From Eledone cirrhosa (taxonomy: Eukaryota), in contig OZ024742.1 of assembly GCA_964016885.1 (NCBI GenBank), positions 27,776,001-27,840,000 on the forward strand: DNA of 64,000 nucleotides. Reading direction: 5' to 3'. Under the pieces are notes generated by a model, which saw nothing but the letters and a program-made list of their open reading frames with translations, had not been told where the DNA came from and did not search any database. The stretch's first letter is position 1; each line of letters opens with the position of its first letter. Position numbers and translations under genes: made by a program. Below are positions 24,224-37,515 of the stretch, piece after piece.

Positions 24224-25624
24224 TTAAGACAAGAAAATAAATAAAAAATGTTAAACTTTCCTTATTTACCAACAATCATAATTGCTATGACATCACCAAA
24301 AACTTTGTTGTGATTTGCGAAGGGAAGTGGTAGATAATTGAACTGCCAGCTGGTAGTTTAAATAGACTGTTAGGTTGCCAGTTCATGAGTCAGGGTTTCA
24401 AATCATAACCAGGTAATTTACTTTTTTTTGTTATTTTACTTTTTTCCATATCTACTCAGAGCACTTTATTCTACTAGTCTTTTCACTAGACCCAGATTCT
24501 GGTTTACATCACAGTTTCCTTGTGATGGTATCTCTGGAATAGCTACTTCCATGTTAAACTCAACAAACAAAGACAACCCACCACAACAAAGATATTTTCC
24601 TCAGGCATGAGATATTCTAAGCAAAATCCTATTATAAATATTTTTCAAAATATTTAACTTCATTTCAACCATTCCAAGTCCATCAATATTTTAAGAGTGT
24701 TTAATGTTTCCTGTTCTCTCCCTAAATGAAATAATTGTTCTAATCCTTAACAAATTGAGAGATTATTGTATTAGGACCTTACATGTAAAGTATAGGGGCT
24801 TCAAAATCTTTCAGCAACTAAGATTATCAAAACAATTAGTAGACGAAAGTTGCCTTGGGGTGACATTCAATGAGAAATAAGATCAGTTAACTTAAAATTT
24901 TGGATTATATATATATATATATATACAATACAAATTGGGGATCAAGTTTATTATCCATGATGTATAATGACAGAGAGCTCAGTAAATATTGTTGCAGAAC
25001 AGCTCACAACTACAGTACAATATGAATCATGTTTCTACATCACACTACACTGCTCTACAACACGAAAGAATACAACATAAAGTATCAAAGAGAAGGTTGG
25101 TAGTATGACAGGGAGTAGAGAGTGCTGGGCTGAGTACAATGCCATATGGTATTTAGTTAGAGAGATTTAACATTCTGAATTCTAAACTTAGGTCAGGTCA
25201 AGTCAACTTGTGTGTGTGTGTGAGTGAGAGTGGTGGTCAGGAAAATGAATACTCATCATATAAAGAGATTTATTGGTCAGTTATACTCCTTCTTTTCAAA
25301 TGTGTTCTGTTGATGTCAGAAGTAAAAATTAAGAGAGGGTAGATCAGAGAATATAATACTGGAATAATACCAGCTTCAGCTATATAACTTATCTATATTC
25401 TCAATTGAAATGCTACCAGTAGTGACTTTTCTTTTTATCTCTCCTGGACAGATCAATAAACTTTATATCAGTAATATACTTATGTTGATTCTATCAACTC
25501 AATTTCTTTCATTAATCCAAGTAATATTAGTTTTGTATCTGAGTTCTTAACTTTACTTGAAGAATATTATTAAAATGTTCTATAATATTCACATGATTAT
25601 CCAACAATCTCTAACTATTTCAAT

Positions 25625-25960
25625 AGTTACTACAAAATCCTTAACTCTCTACATGATCATGTAGACTCTAAATGGTCTAATCCACTAGAATATCCACTAC
25701 AAGAACCTTCAATTTCTACATGGCCATGTAGAATCTAAATGGTCGACTAGGACTTTAAATATTTCTGTAATCCAGAGAGACTAATATTTCAATATCCACT
25801 ACAAAAACCTTTAATTTCAACATGATCAAGTAGACTCTAAATGACCCAGTAGGACCTTAAATGAATCTATAATCCATTGAGACCTGATATTTAAATAACC
25901 CCAACATAAACCCCTCAGACATTAAATGGCCTAGCTAAACCTTAAATCTTTTTGTAGTCC
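25625..25960. repeat. Degenerate ~100-bp tandem repeat (3-4 copies)
   Basis: Recurring actaca...catgatcatgtagactctaaatgg at ~25630, 25690 and 25792. Confidence 0.65.
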
Positions 25961-26469
25961 ATTGAGAATTCTCGAAGTTTCTAATGAGCTATACTATCTT
26001 AAACATACACAAACATCAAATGTATGATGAGACAACATGCAATATAACTAAATTAAGTATCTAGTTAGGGTAGAGGAGTTGGAATCTTAAAAACAGTCTT
26101 GTTAGAGATTTGTTTGCTAAGTTAAAATTGACATAGATTGAGAATTTCTTTTTATAGATTCAAGTTCTTAATCTGTGCTAGAAATATCTTCATAATAATA
26201 TGTCCTCATATAGAACTTTACTTTTTGGAACACACATGTACTTTGGCAAAGATCTCTAGCTCTATTCAACATCATCTACAGCAGCAGCAGCAGTAGCAGC
26301 AGCAATAATAATGATAATAAAAATAGTAGTAGTAGTAGCAGCAGCAGTAGCAGCAGCAGGAATAACAATAATGATAAAATGGGTAATGGTATCGAATGGG
26401 CCTCCATTTGTTTCTACGATGAGTGTTAAAGATGTTCCATCAATGGAATTGCTTGCTCATGAAAATAAT

Positions 26470-26637
26470 TGTTTTTACTTTTGACACAAGGCCAGCAATT
26501 ATCCCAGTGTATTACTGGTACTTTATTTTATCGACTCCGAAAGGATGAAGGGCAAAGTTAACCTTGGTGGGATTTGAACTCAGACCATAAAGGGCCGTAA
26601 CTCTTTGCTGCAAAGCATGGCATCCGACCCTCTACCG
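26470..26637 (-). mobile_element. SINE family 1 with 11-bp TSD
   Basis: TSD atgaaaataat at 26459-26469 and 26638-26648. Confidence 0.9.
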
Positions 26638-26844
26638 ATGAAAATAATATAATTGGCTCAACATCTCCTTAACAACATGTATCTTTGGAGTAATTCTCAG
26701 GGTGATTCTGCCTGACACAGGCTGTTACACAGTTAGACCTTTCAATTAAAGGTACAGTCCATCCAACAGACTTCCAAATAATTTCAGGCAACTCAAGTTT
26801 GCTCACAACTGAAGACAACATGGTGCAACTTTAAATCATATACA

Positions 26845-27255
26845 AATTGTCCTCATCTCATGATCCACAACCAAACTGTCCACATCTCATGATCCACAAC
26901 CAAATTGTCCACATCTCATGATCCACAACCAAACTGTCCACATCTCATGATCCACAACTAAACTGTACACATCCCATAATCCACAACCAAACTGCACACA
27001 TCCCATGATCCACAACTAAACTGCACACATCCCATGATCCACAACTAAACTGTATACATCCCATGATCCACAACTAAACTGTACACATCCCATGATCCAC
27101 AACTAAACTGTGCACATCTCATGATCCACAACCAAACTGTACACATCCCATGATCCACAACCAAACTGCACACATCTCATGATCCACAACCAAAATGTCC
27201 ACATTCCATGATCCACAACTAAACTGTACACATCTCATGATCCACAACCAAGCTG
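26845..27255. repeat. 29-bp minisatellite, 14 copies
   Basis: Unit catgatccacaacyaaactgtacacatcy; period 29 from 26859 to 27236. Confidence 0.95.
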
Positions 27256-27719
27256 ATTTTTGTTTTATGCGATTTCATTCTATAATGTGTAATTATAAAC
27301 CACATACTGTAACCCCCACAATAACACTCCCTGACCCACAACAACTTACTTAGACCCAAATCCATAGTGCTATCCAAAATCACACCATGGCCCCAAACCA
27401 CACACTGTGCTCTCTAATCATGCAATTAATCCACAACTATAGTGCTATCCAAAACTACACACTGCAGCCAAGAACCACAAACTGTGACCAACAACCACAC
27501 ACTGTGGTCACAACCACACACTATGACTTAGAGATACACTATGACCACATATACACACACACCATAGCACCACAAACATACACTCTCATCATCAAAATAT
27601 CACATACACAGTATAACACAAGCAGCTCAAGAATATTCATCCTAAAACCACACATATATACTTGGACACACAGCTATCATAAAATCACACACACTATCAA
27701 ACGTACATACATACACAGA

Positions 27720-27938
27720 CAGGTGTACCCTTAATGTAGTTCTCAGGGAGATTCAGCATGACTCAGAATGTGACAAGGCTGGCCATTCTAACTACAGTTA
27801 CAACTCATTTTTGCCAGCTAAATGGACTGGAGTAATGGGAAATAAAGTGTCTTGCTCAAGGACACAACATGCCACAGTGAATCAAACTCACAACCTTATG
27901 TTTGTAAGCCGAATACCCTAACCTCAAAGTCAAGTGCC
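27720..27938 (-). mobile_element. SINE family 2 (tRNA-derived, CORE-like centre)
   Basis: Reverse complement of 58606-58820 (gtgtccttgagcaagacactttatttc). Confidence 0.75.
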
Positions 27939-30091
27939 TGTCATTCAGTTTTTCATATGTCATGTAAGCCCTAGTATTCTGATTACTATTATACTGCTAT
28001 TCCATTACTCCAAGTATCCCAGTGGATGTTAGCCACCAAATATTTAGGAACCTCAAGATAACAGTCTCGGGGTAAATTCTTTAATCAGCCTATACATAAT
28101 TTTGCATACTTTCTATTTCTGCCACTTAAATATATAGATATATGAAATGATGTCATGAAATAATTTTACACACTGAAAATCTCATTTTTATAGTGAAAAT
28201 ATTTACATATAAAAATACACAGTATTTCAATTGGTTCAATCGTTTATAGATATAAGTAGTCAAATCATCTTTATAGTTTATATATTTACGATATTTATAT
28301 TGACACTAATGGTGCCAACAGTAGTGAGGTTCTCATGCCCATTTTGGCCAGTCAAAAAAATTTTTAAAAACATTTCAAAATAGTTCAGAGGACTCTGAGT
28401 CTTCAGTTCATGTCAAAGACATTATGACTTCTCTAGCATTGGCACGATGATAAAATATAGCCATTACAATCTGTAAAGTAGTTAGTATTTGTAAATACAT
28501 CCTGTTGCAGAAACTATGCTGAAACCAGAATGAATGTGAGGGAGACATGGCTAACAGCCCATCTATGAGGACAGTAGCTCTGATTAAATACTTATGTGGT
28601 CAGTACGCCCTCATGAAACATTGTTAGCTTTGGAAAATCATTGATCTTTAGACAATTTGTGTTGTGCCTTATTGAGATACAGATCTGTGCTATCCACCAG
28701 CACAAGCATGGTTATCCACCATCAATACCTCTAGTAAGACCGCTAACACCAATTCTGTCACCATCAGAAAAAATCTTTCTTCTTTCCCCTCCAAATCATA
28801 TCACCCTGGAAACATCAACACTATGACGATGATGATGATGATAGCGATGGCGGCGATGATGATGATGATAAGGGTGATGGTACTAAATATGACTTGAATT
28901 AATCACTTATATATAAATAAAGTTGATAAGGATCATGTATGTTCCCATCCCTCACAAAATTAAGATTTGATAGAAATATCAATTTGATAGAAATATCAAG
29001 AACCAATACTAGATCAATAGTTTTACCAATATAATTCAACTTCAGTAACATAGACCTTCATTGGAGGAAAAGGGTCAATGTTGGATTTAATAATTTTAAA
29101 GATTTGATGAAACAAGTATCAATCTTAGCAAAACCACATCACTGAAAACTGCCTCTTTAGATTCTCTTTACTATATTCTTGACTGTAACTCTTCTTAATT
29201 TCTCACTTTGTCTTATTTTTTTAGAGTTGATTGACCTTGAGTGCAAACAGAAGACTAACATCATGCTAAAGATTGGGTCTTTAGGTTCACTTGAACTATA
29301 TTCATTTGATGAACACCACCGAGTCCTCCATAATGGAAACAGAGCAGTATTGCATTGCTAAAGATGTTATAGTCCTCTTGTGTTGTATACTTAACAGATA
29401 TATATGTCTTAAATCTAGAAGCTCATCAAACTACTAGAGCTTATCTTAGTTCCATGGTCATTAAATAACTGAGAATATATGACTCCTCCCTGGAGAGGAC
29501 ACTAGTCCATCGCAAGTTTGACTCCCCAGCTGCAGCTGGTATATATATTTTCAGCTCTGTATACTGGTGTAACATGAAACGAAGTGACTTGCTGAAGGGT
29601 ACTGTTTACGAAATGTTTCAAGAATCAAACCCACAAATTTTATGATTGTGAGATGAGACCAACACCCAAACCTCTAGGCCACATAACTTCCCTTAACAAT
29701 AATGCCAATTACTTCCTCTCCAATCCTGCCTTTTTTTTCAGTTAATGGAATTTGGCTTGAAGTGAAAATATAGCTTTCTAGCATGACTGAAATTGGGTCA
29801 TTAAATTAATTTCAGCTATATTTCTTACAGAAATATCTTAACTTCCTTTCCAAGTGTGATTTTGGTTTTGGTGTACTTTAGCCTGAGGAGATAACAGCGC
29901 ACAATTGGACTGCTGAAGACTGCACCTTTGAATTTTCTTGTGTCAGACTGATATAAATAAAGTTAGACTTTCTTAAACTATAGTGCAACATTATTTGATG
30001 AAAACAGATGGCTTTTTGAAAAGCAAAATATTTCTTTCTATCAGTTTAAATAACAACACATTAGTAGTGTTTGATGCTATAGTATGCCATA

Positions 30092-30213
30092 GGACAAACC
30101 TATAGATTTTAGGTGTCACTGCATGTGTAAACTAATTAAAATTTTCAATGTGTCTAATTAATTTTAATTAATTTTTACACATGCAGTAATAGCTAAAATC
30201 TATAGCTTTGTCC
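30092..30213. repeat. Palindromic MITE-like element
   Basis: ggacaaacctatagattttag...ctgcatgtgtaaa / tttacacatgcag...ctaaaatctatagctttgtcc. Confidence 0.7.
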
Positions 30214-30900
30214 AGTTATATAACTGCTTTCTTTCAGAACATATAAATGACATTTCAATGCAGAAGTGTCAATTGTCTCTACCAAAAAAATACCAGTAAT
30301 ATATTAAGGTTTCTTCAATCAATTCATAAACCACCTCGATGACGACCAGCACCACAAACACCACTACCAAACTCTCTTTAATAATATTTGGCCCAGTGCC
30401 TAGTACAAAGAAACCGAAATGCAAAAGAAAATCGATAATAGCAGGAACGGTTTTTTTCACAAGTCTACAAGCAACAACAACAACAACCACAGAAGAATAT
30501 ATTTAAAGAGATGGCAAACAGCAACAACAACAAACAACATTGATAACAAATACAACAATAACAGCAGCAACAGAATATAATAAATTGTGCAATTTATATA
30601 TATATATATTTTTTTTTTTGGCAAAATAATTTAAATAAAAATAAAACAAAAACAGAATATGTACTCAATGTTATTATCATTATAATTATTATTATTATTA
30701 TTGTTATTATTATTCTTAATATTATTATTATTGAAAATTCTTTTTTCTTTCAGAAATTAAAAAATATTTTTCATATGTTTGTGTTCATGTTTTCATTTCT
30801 CATTCTTCTTTATTATTTTTAATGTACATCTTTTTTATGTTTTTTTCCAGAGTTCAGATAAAAGTTAAGAGAAAGACACATACACAAACATATATGTATG

Positions 30901-30970
<70 letters not shown>

Positions 30971-33900
30971 CATATATGTGTGCTTGTGTGTACGTACACA
31001 CACGTATATATATATATATATATATATACAGAGAAAGAGAGAGAAATATGATATTAAAGAGATTAAAATATATATATAATAACAGACATAAAAAAGAGAG
31101 AGAAATGTGAAATTATTTTTGCTTCGGGGAGGACATTTTAAAGATGATGTGGCATTTTCATTTTTTTTATATTTTTTCCCTAGCTGGAATAAAAGAAATA
31201 AATAAATAAAGAAAGAACGAATGGAAGGAGGAATGAATGAAAGAAAGATAACAACAACGAAAACATGAAGAGCAACAACAACAACAACAATAGTGTCAAC
31301 AATAGCAACAACAATTACAGCTAAAATAAAAATTCAACGAAAATAGTTAAATTAAGCTATAATATATTTTAATGTTTATTATAGTTCTCGAGGCCATAAC
31401 AGAGGAATTTAACACTAGTTGTCCACAGGAACCTCTGTTTGTAGATAACCTACTTCTCGTTGCTGAATTTGTAAAAGAATTATGGTGAAAATACTCCAAA
31501 CATGGAAGCAAAACATAGTATTGAGAGAAATGAACCTATGTTGGAGCTGGTGATGTAATGCACCAGCTTCACATTTAGTAATCAGAAGAAAGGAAATATG
31601 TGTAAAAGCCAAACTCATTATCTTCAATTTGGTATTTGTGCCAGACCTAACTTATGATTATTAATTTTGGGTAATGAACAATAGAATACGACCGTGAATA
31701 CAATGGGCTGAAATTGGGTTGCTATAAAGGGTTTTTGGAGTAATGTTACTCGATAGAGTGCATAACTGAGAGAACAGAGAGTCACTCCAGGTAGAACCAC
31801 TACTGCTCTGAATTGAGAGATCATAGCTCTGATAATATATACATGTGGTTAGAATGTCCCAGGAAAGAATCATTGGACAGATTTTATGGGTAAAACCAAC
31901 CAGCAAGGAGACCCAGGGGTAGACTCCAAGCAAGATAGTTGGATAATATCCATGAGCTTGGCTGGTCTCATAGGTATCCAGCTGAGTCAATTGGAGATGG
32001 ATGATTCTGACTGGACCCATTTGAAGGAGTGTTTGAGGACTCTGCCCCGACAACCCTCACAGGAATAAGTGGGTAAAGAAGAAAAAGAAAATGAAGTTCG
32101 ATTAGTGTTTACAATTAGTAATCCAGTTGTTCAAAGAATGAAACAATCTGTTTATAAAATTAACATCTAACTGGTTAAGCATTCCAGGGTCATGTGTATC
32201 CTTAATGTAATTTTTAGAAATTTATTGTGATGATGATGATAGTGATGTAACACTTGTTTGACAAGGTTGGTTCTATGTATTACTGGTACAGTCCAACCGA
32301 TGAGCTTCCAAACAGTTTCACTCACAAGGCATTGGTTCATCCGAGGCTCTGATAAAAGTCGACTTGCCCAAGATACTAGAATCAAACCTGAGACCTAATG
32401 GTTTGTGAGACAAACTCTTTAACTGTTTAGACATAATGTGTCCATAGTATTGAGGGGCCTCAGTGTAAATTTGCAAAGAGTGACATATTTCTAAGTGGGA
32501 AAGAACATAGTGCTCAACTGCTTGATATGCAAAAAAAGAGTTAATTGGAGTTCTGTACTGTGTATGAAATGTAGATTCAGGGTACAAACAAGGTACAATG
32601 TGATCACAGCATGCTGACAGAGAAGAAAGACACCGTTTGAAACTAAACTGATGCACAGATGTGGTTAGCATTAAAAGCTTCCACAAAACATATTCTTTGT
32701 AATATATAAAGAATTCAGAATTGTACATGTTTGTCAAGTATCCAACCTTATATAAAATCCTATATATGACAATAAAGCTAGGGAGGGGAGGGTGAAAAAA
32801 TCTCTAAAACTAATAAAAACCAGCCAATTAGTACAATGAAGCTGTGCCAGTGACCAGGTCACAGACAGTGTGACAAATGTTTGGCACCAAAAAATAAATG
32901 ATGAATGTAAAATGAAAATAAAATAAACAGTTTTTGTGTATTTTTAAATGGCTAAAATTGTGGTGTTGGTGAGGTCACTTTGGCTTAAGTGACAGCTAAT
33001 GACTGCTGAAGGTGCCAAATTCATAGAGTGATTAGAACTGCTTTTCAGTATTCGTTTTGGCGCCCTGCTCTCTGAGTTCAAATCCCACCAAGGTCAATTT
33101 TGCCTTTCATCTGTTTATGGTTGATAAAAAAGTACCAGTCAAATACTGGTTTGATTCTATATCTCTTTCTCACTTCCTTTCTCTCAATCTATCCTTCTTT
33201 AGAAGAAATCTGCTCTATTCAGACCTGGAGAGGAGATGGGCTCTGCCAGGTTTAAAAAATGCCCAAGAAATACTGTATGCAATACAGTGCACTTCCGACT
33301 CCCTCAGGAGTTACTGGATAAAAAAACAAGAAAAAGAAAGAAGAAAATTACTCTGCCCCACAGTAGCGATGACAATAATCAAAAAGTTCCACAGAATTAG
33401 CTGAAAGTTTCTGCCACTCAATGGACCTATTAAGCAGTGATGACATATGTCCTAAACTAGAGTAAGAAAGAGGTGCAAACAATTTTGGAAGCTATATTCT
33501 CTTCAGGAAATAAAGAAATTCTCTCTCTTATTGAAGTGCAGCTGACATAATGCTTATGTTGAAAGCATGATAAGCCATGGCAGCAAAACAAGAGATTTGA
33601 ATGCAAAATATGTGTGAAAGCTGGAAAGGATGGAAGCAAACATGTTCCACTAGATATGTGATATTATTATGCATGAAGAAGAGAGTACAAATGAGCTTGC
33701 TATAATAGGAATTCCATGTAGTGTACAAAAGAGAAGAGTGTATAAGTATAGATATATGTTCTGTATGAAGGATGGCAGGGTGACAGATAAAAATTGCCAG
33801 GTGATCCACATGAAGGGTGATCCACACTGCAAAATAGGAAGATGGAAAGGAGTGGGGAAGGGAGATGTTAAATAGTTGAACCTCATGAAAGAGATGATAA

Positions 33901-33978
33901 CAGATCACAATGTGTGGTGAGGAAAAAGATACATCCAACCTATAGAAGCATACAAGGAACAGGCATTAAAATGATAAT

Positions 33979-34165
33979 TGTTTCTATTTTTGGCGCAAGG
34001 CCAGCAATTACCCAGTACATTACTGGTACTTTATTTTATCGACCCCGTAAGGATGAAAGGCAAAGCTAACCTCGGCAGTATTTGAACTCAGATCATAAAA
34101 GGAAGTAACTCTATGCTTCAAAGCATGGTGTCCGATTCTCTACCGATACTGCCAATCTAGCGCCC
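33979..34165 (-). mobile_element. SINE family 1 with 12-bp TSD
   Basis: TSD taaaatgataat at 33967-33978 and 34166-34177. Confidence 0.9.
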
Positions 34166-34919
34166 TAAAATGATAATGATAGTCATATGTGTGTGTACGT
34201 GGGTTTGTGTGTATGTGTATCTGTCAGAGTGTCTTTGATTATATGGCATCATCATCATCATCATAATATGATTTATATCTTCCCTGCTAGCCAGTATTAA
34301 TGCAGAGCTATTGACCTCTCAGATGTACTGGGAACTACATCTTACATATGTCCCTACATTGTGTCAAGTGCATTTCAATATGGCACCATTACTATGGAGG
34401 TTTTTGTACCTTTAACACACCTAAAGAGTAATCCCAGCCCTTTCTTTATCAGGTTTTTTTTGTGGCTTGATACACTTCTCATTCCCATATGTTTGTTGAA
34501 TATAATCACATATGTTTATATATTTTTTCATATACAATGAATTATATATATATATATAGATATATATATATGTATATATATATAAATACATAGATCTATA
34601 TGTACACATATATGTATATATACATACATATATGCATGTATATATATATGTATTTATATGTGGTCGTTGAGGTGCCACGGCAAAAAAGCACCCAGCACTC
34701 ACTGTAAATGAGGTTGGTGTTAGGAAGGGCATCCAGCTGTAGAAATCAAGCCAGAATCAGTTCCCGTCCCACCCTTGCAAGCAGGGAAAAGTGGACGTAA
34801 AATGAAATGATGATGAAAAATGATATACATATATGTATAAACATATATGTATATATACATATATATATATATACATACATATATGCATGTATACATATAT
34901 ACATATATGTATATACACA

Positions 34920-34951
<32 letters not shown>

Positions 34952-34972
34952 CATACATATATGTATATACAT

Positions 34973-35479
34973 GTGAAGGAACGTATATCCTATTACTACT
35001 ACCTCCACTAATGTTGAGAACAAATTTGGTCGTCCTGACTGCTGCTAGCAATAGCTGTGGCTAGTTTGACCTACCTCCTTTTGCCTCTATCTTTGCTACG
35101 GCCCTTGATAAACCTGTTTCTACATCATCCACTCTCATCCCAGGAACAGTTTTGATAGCGCTAGTTTGTGATTTAAATTCAGGAATTTTATATTCTTTGA
35201 ATCAAAAGAACTTTCTGACGAGAATCTTTCTTTGCAACGAAGGCCGTATGGTCTCCGTTTTATTTTTGGGATTCGAAACCGATCGGTAAAGGTAACTATA
35301 GTAGGTAAAGTCAATTTTTTAAAATTTATTTTGAAACTTTTTCATTATTTGCTAAACCTTGTTTATATTTGTTCTGGCTCGTTAATTTATTAACCCGCCA
35401 TTGAACCACACTGGCATTTGGTTGGACAATACATGCGTACCTTGGCGCCTTGTGCGTGAAGGAACGTATATCCTATTAC
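34973..35479 (+). mobile_element. Retrozyme/pLTR-like element: 483-nt unit plus 24-nt direct repeat
   Basis: gtgaaggaacgtatatcctattac at 34973-34996 and 35456-35479; internal hammerhead; TA-rich flanks. Confidence 0.75.
35210..35293 (+). ncRNA. Type I hammerhead ribozyme (predicted)
   Basis: Stem I acttt/aaggt, CTGACGA at 35215-35221, stem II gaatc/gattc with large loop, GAAA at 35275-35278, palindromic stem III ACCGATCGGT, triplet GUA (after 35288). Confidence 0.88.
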
Positions 35480-35742
35480 ATACATATATGTATATACATA
35501 TATATACACACATATATACATATATGTATATACATATATATACACACATATATATACATATATATACACTCATATATATATACATATATGTATATACATA
35601 TATATACACACATATATACATATATATACACTCATATATATATACATATATGTATATACATATATATATACATATATATATACATATATATATACACATA
35701 TATATATACATATATATATATTGTATATATACATATATATAT

Positions 35743-37135
35743 CATCATGATCATCATCATCACCGTTTTACATCCGTTCTTCCACGCTAGCATGGGTTAG
35801 ACGGGTTGTCCTGTTGTGGGCAGCGTCTGGTCGGCTGACCATGCCTTGCTCATACAGGAACTGATTCTGGCTTGATTTCTACAGCTGGATGTCCTTCCTA
35901 ACACCAACCTCATTTTCAATGAGTGCTTTTTCGTGGCGCCTACACGTCCACTTTACAGTGTGGGCTGGGTGCTTTTTTGCCGTGGCACCTCCACGACCAC
36001 CTTGCGGTGGGGGGTGTGGGGGCATATTGTCTATATGCTTCAGCTTGTACCCATGGGAGGTCGGGTACTCTGTATTACTGCGTGATGCCAGAAGTCACGG
36101 TCGTGTGTCATTGCCTTTGAGAGGTGTAATTGGGTAAGGTCGGCTTGTATCACCTCATCCCAGGTCATCTTGGGTCTCCCCACTCCACGGGTTCCATCAA
36201 CTTCTAGTGTTCTGCACCTTTTTATGCAGCTGTCATCCTTCATACGCATCACATGTCCATACCAGCGCAACCGCCACTCCTGCACACAGCATTTGATTCC
36301 TCTTATGCTCAGTCTCTCTCTCAATTCATTTATGCTTTGTCGTTCACGTATATTACTGTTACACATCCATCGGAGCATGCAGACTTCATTTCTCTCTAAT
36401 CTACGTAAGTCTTACACCTTCAGCGCCCAGGTCTCACTACCATGCAACATTGCTGTTCGGATACACGCATCATACAGTCTGCCTATCATTCTGAGGGAGA
36501 AGCCTTTTGAAGCTAGCAGTGGTAGTAGTTCCCTAAACTTCTTCCATCCCGTTCTTACCCTAGTTATTGTACTTTCTGAACACCCACCTCCGCTGCTAAT
36601 TTGGTCACCTAGGTAGCAGAAGCTGTCTACTGTTTCTACAGAGCCCTCCCAGAGATTGGTGGTACTTGTTTCCTGAGGCTGTTTGCTGCTTGCTGTCTCA
36701 ACACAGCTGCTGCATGTGAAGCCTACATTCTTAATTAAGCTTCCTGAGATCCCGCTACATCTCTTGTGTACCCATTGTTTGCATTTGGGGCAGAGAATGG
36801 AGTTCCTACCTACACCTTTCTTACATACTGAGCAAGGCCATTTCCCTGTGGGGATCTGGGTTCTGTTTTCTCGTCTACTTACAAGGACCTTAGTCTTTGT
36901 CATGTTGACTTTGAGACCCTTTCTTTCTAGTCCCTGCTTCCAAGTGTGGAATTTATTCTCTAGTTCTACCATAGATTCAGCTATGAGTGCGAGGTCATCA
37001 GCATACAGGAGTTCCCATAGGCATCCGGTCTTAAACACCTCCGTTATTGCCTGCAGGACTATGATGAACAGGAAGGGCCAAGAACAGAGCTCTGGTGGAC
37101 CCCAACCTGTACGCTAAATTCCTCGCTATACTCAT
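35743..37135 (-). mobile_element. RTE family B, 5'-truncated, disrupted RT with PHD insert
   Basis: ORFs 36412..37038 (YADD, CSVC..CPKC..HKRC..CSSC) and 36040..36378; 3' UTR distinct from family A. Confidence 0.93.
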
Positions 37136-37151
37136 TATATATATATACTCA

Positions 37152-37185
<34 letters not shown>

Positions 37186-37320
37186 CATATATATATATAC
37201 ATATATATATACATATATATATATACATATATATATATACATATATATATACATATATATATATACATATATATATATACATATATATATACATATATAT
37301 ATATACATATATATATATAC

Positions 37321-37365
<45 letters not shown>

Positions 37366-37380
37366 CATATATATATATAC

Positions 37381-37475
<95 letters not shown>

Positions 37476-37515
37476 CATATATATATATATACATGTATAT
37501 ATATATATACATATA

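Noticed and set aside
26845-27255. CRISPR-like periodicity
   Set aside because: Contiguous 29-bp units with no unique spacers, no cas genes and a eukaryotic context.
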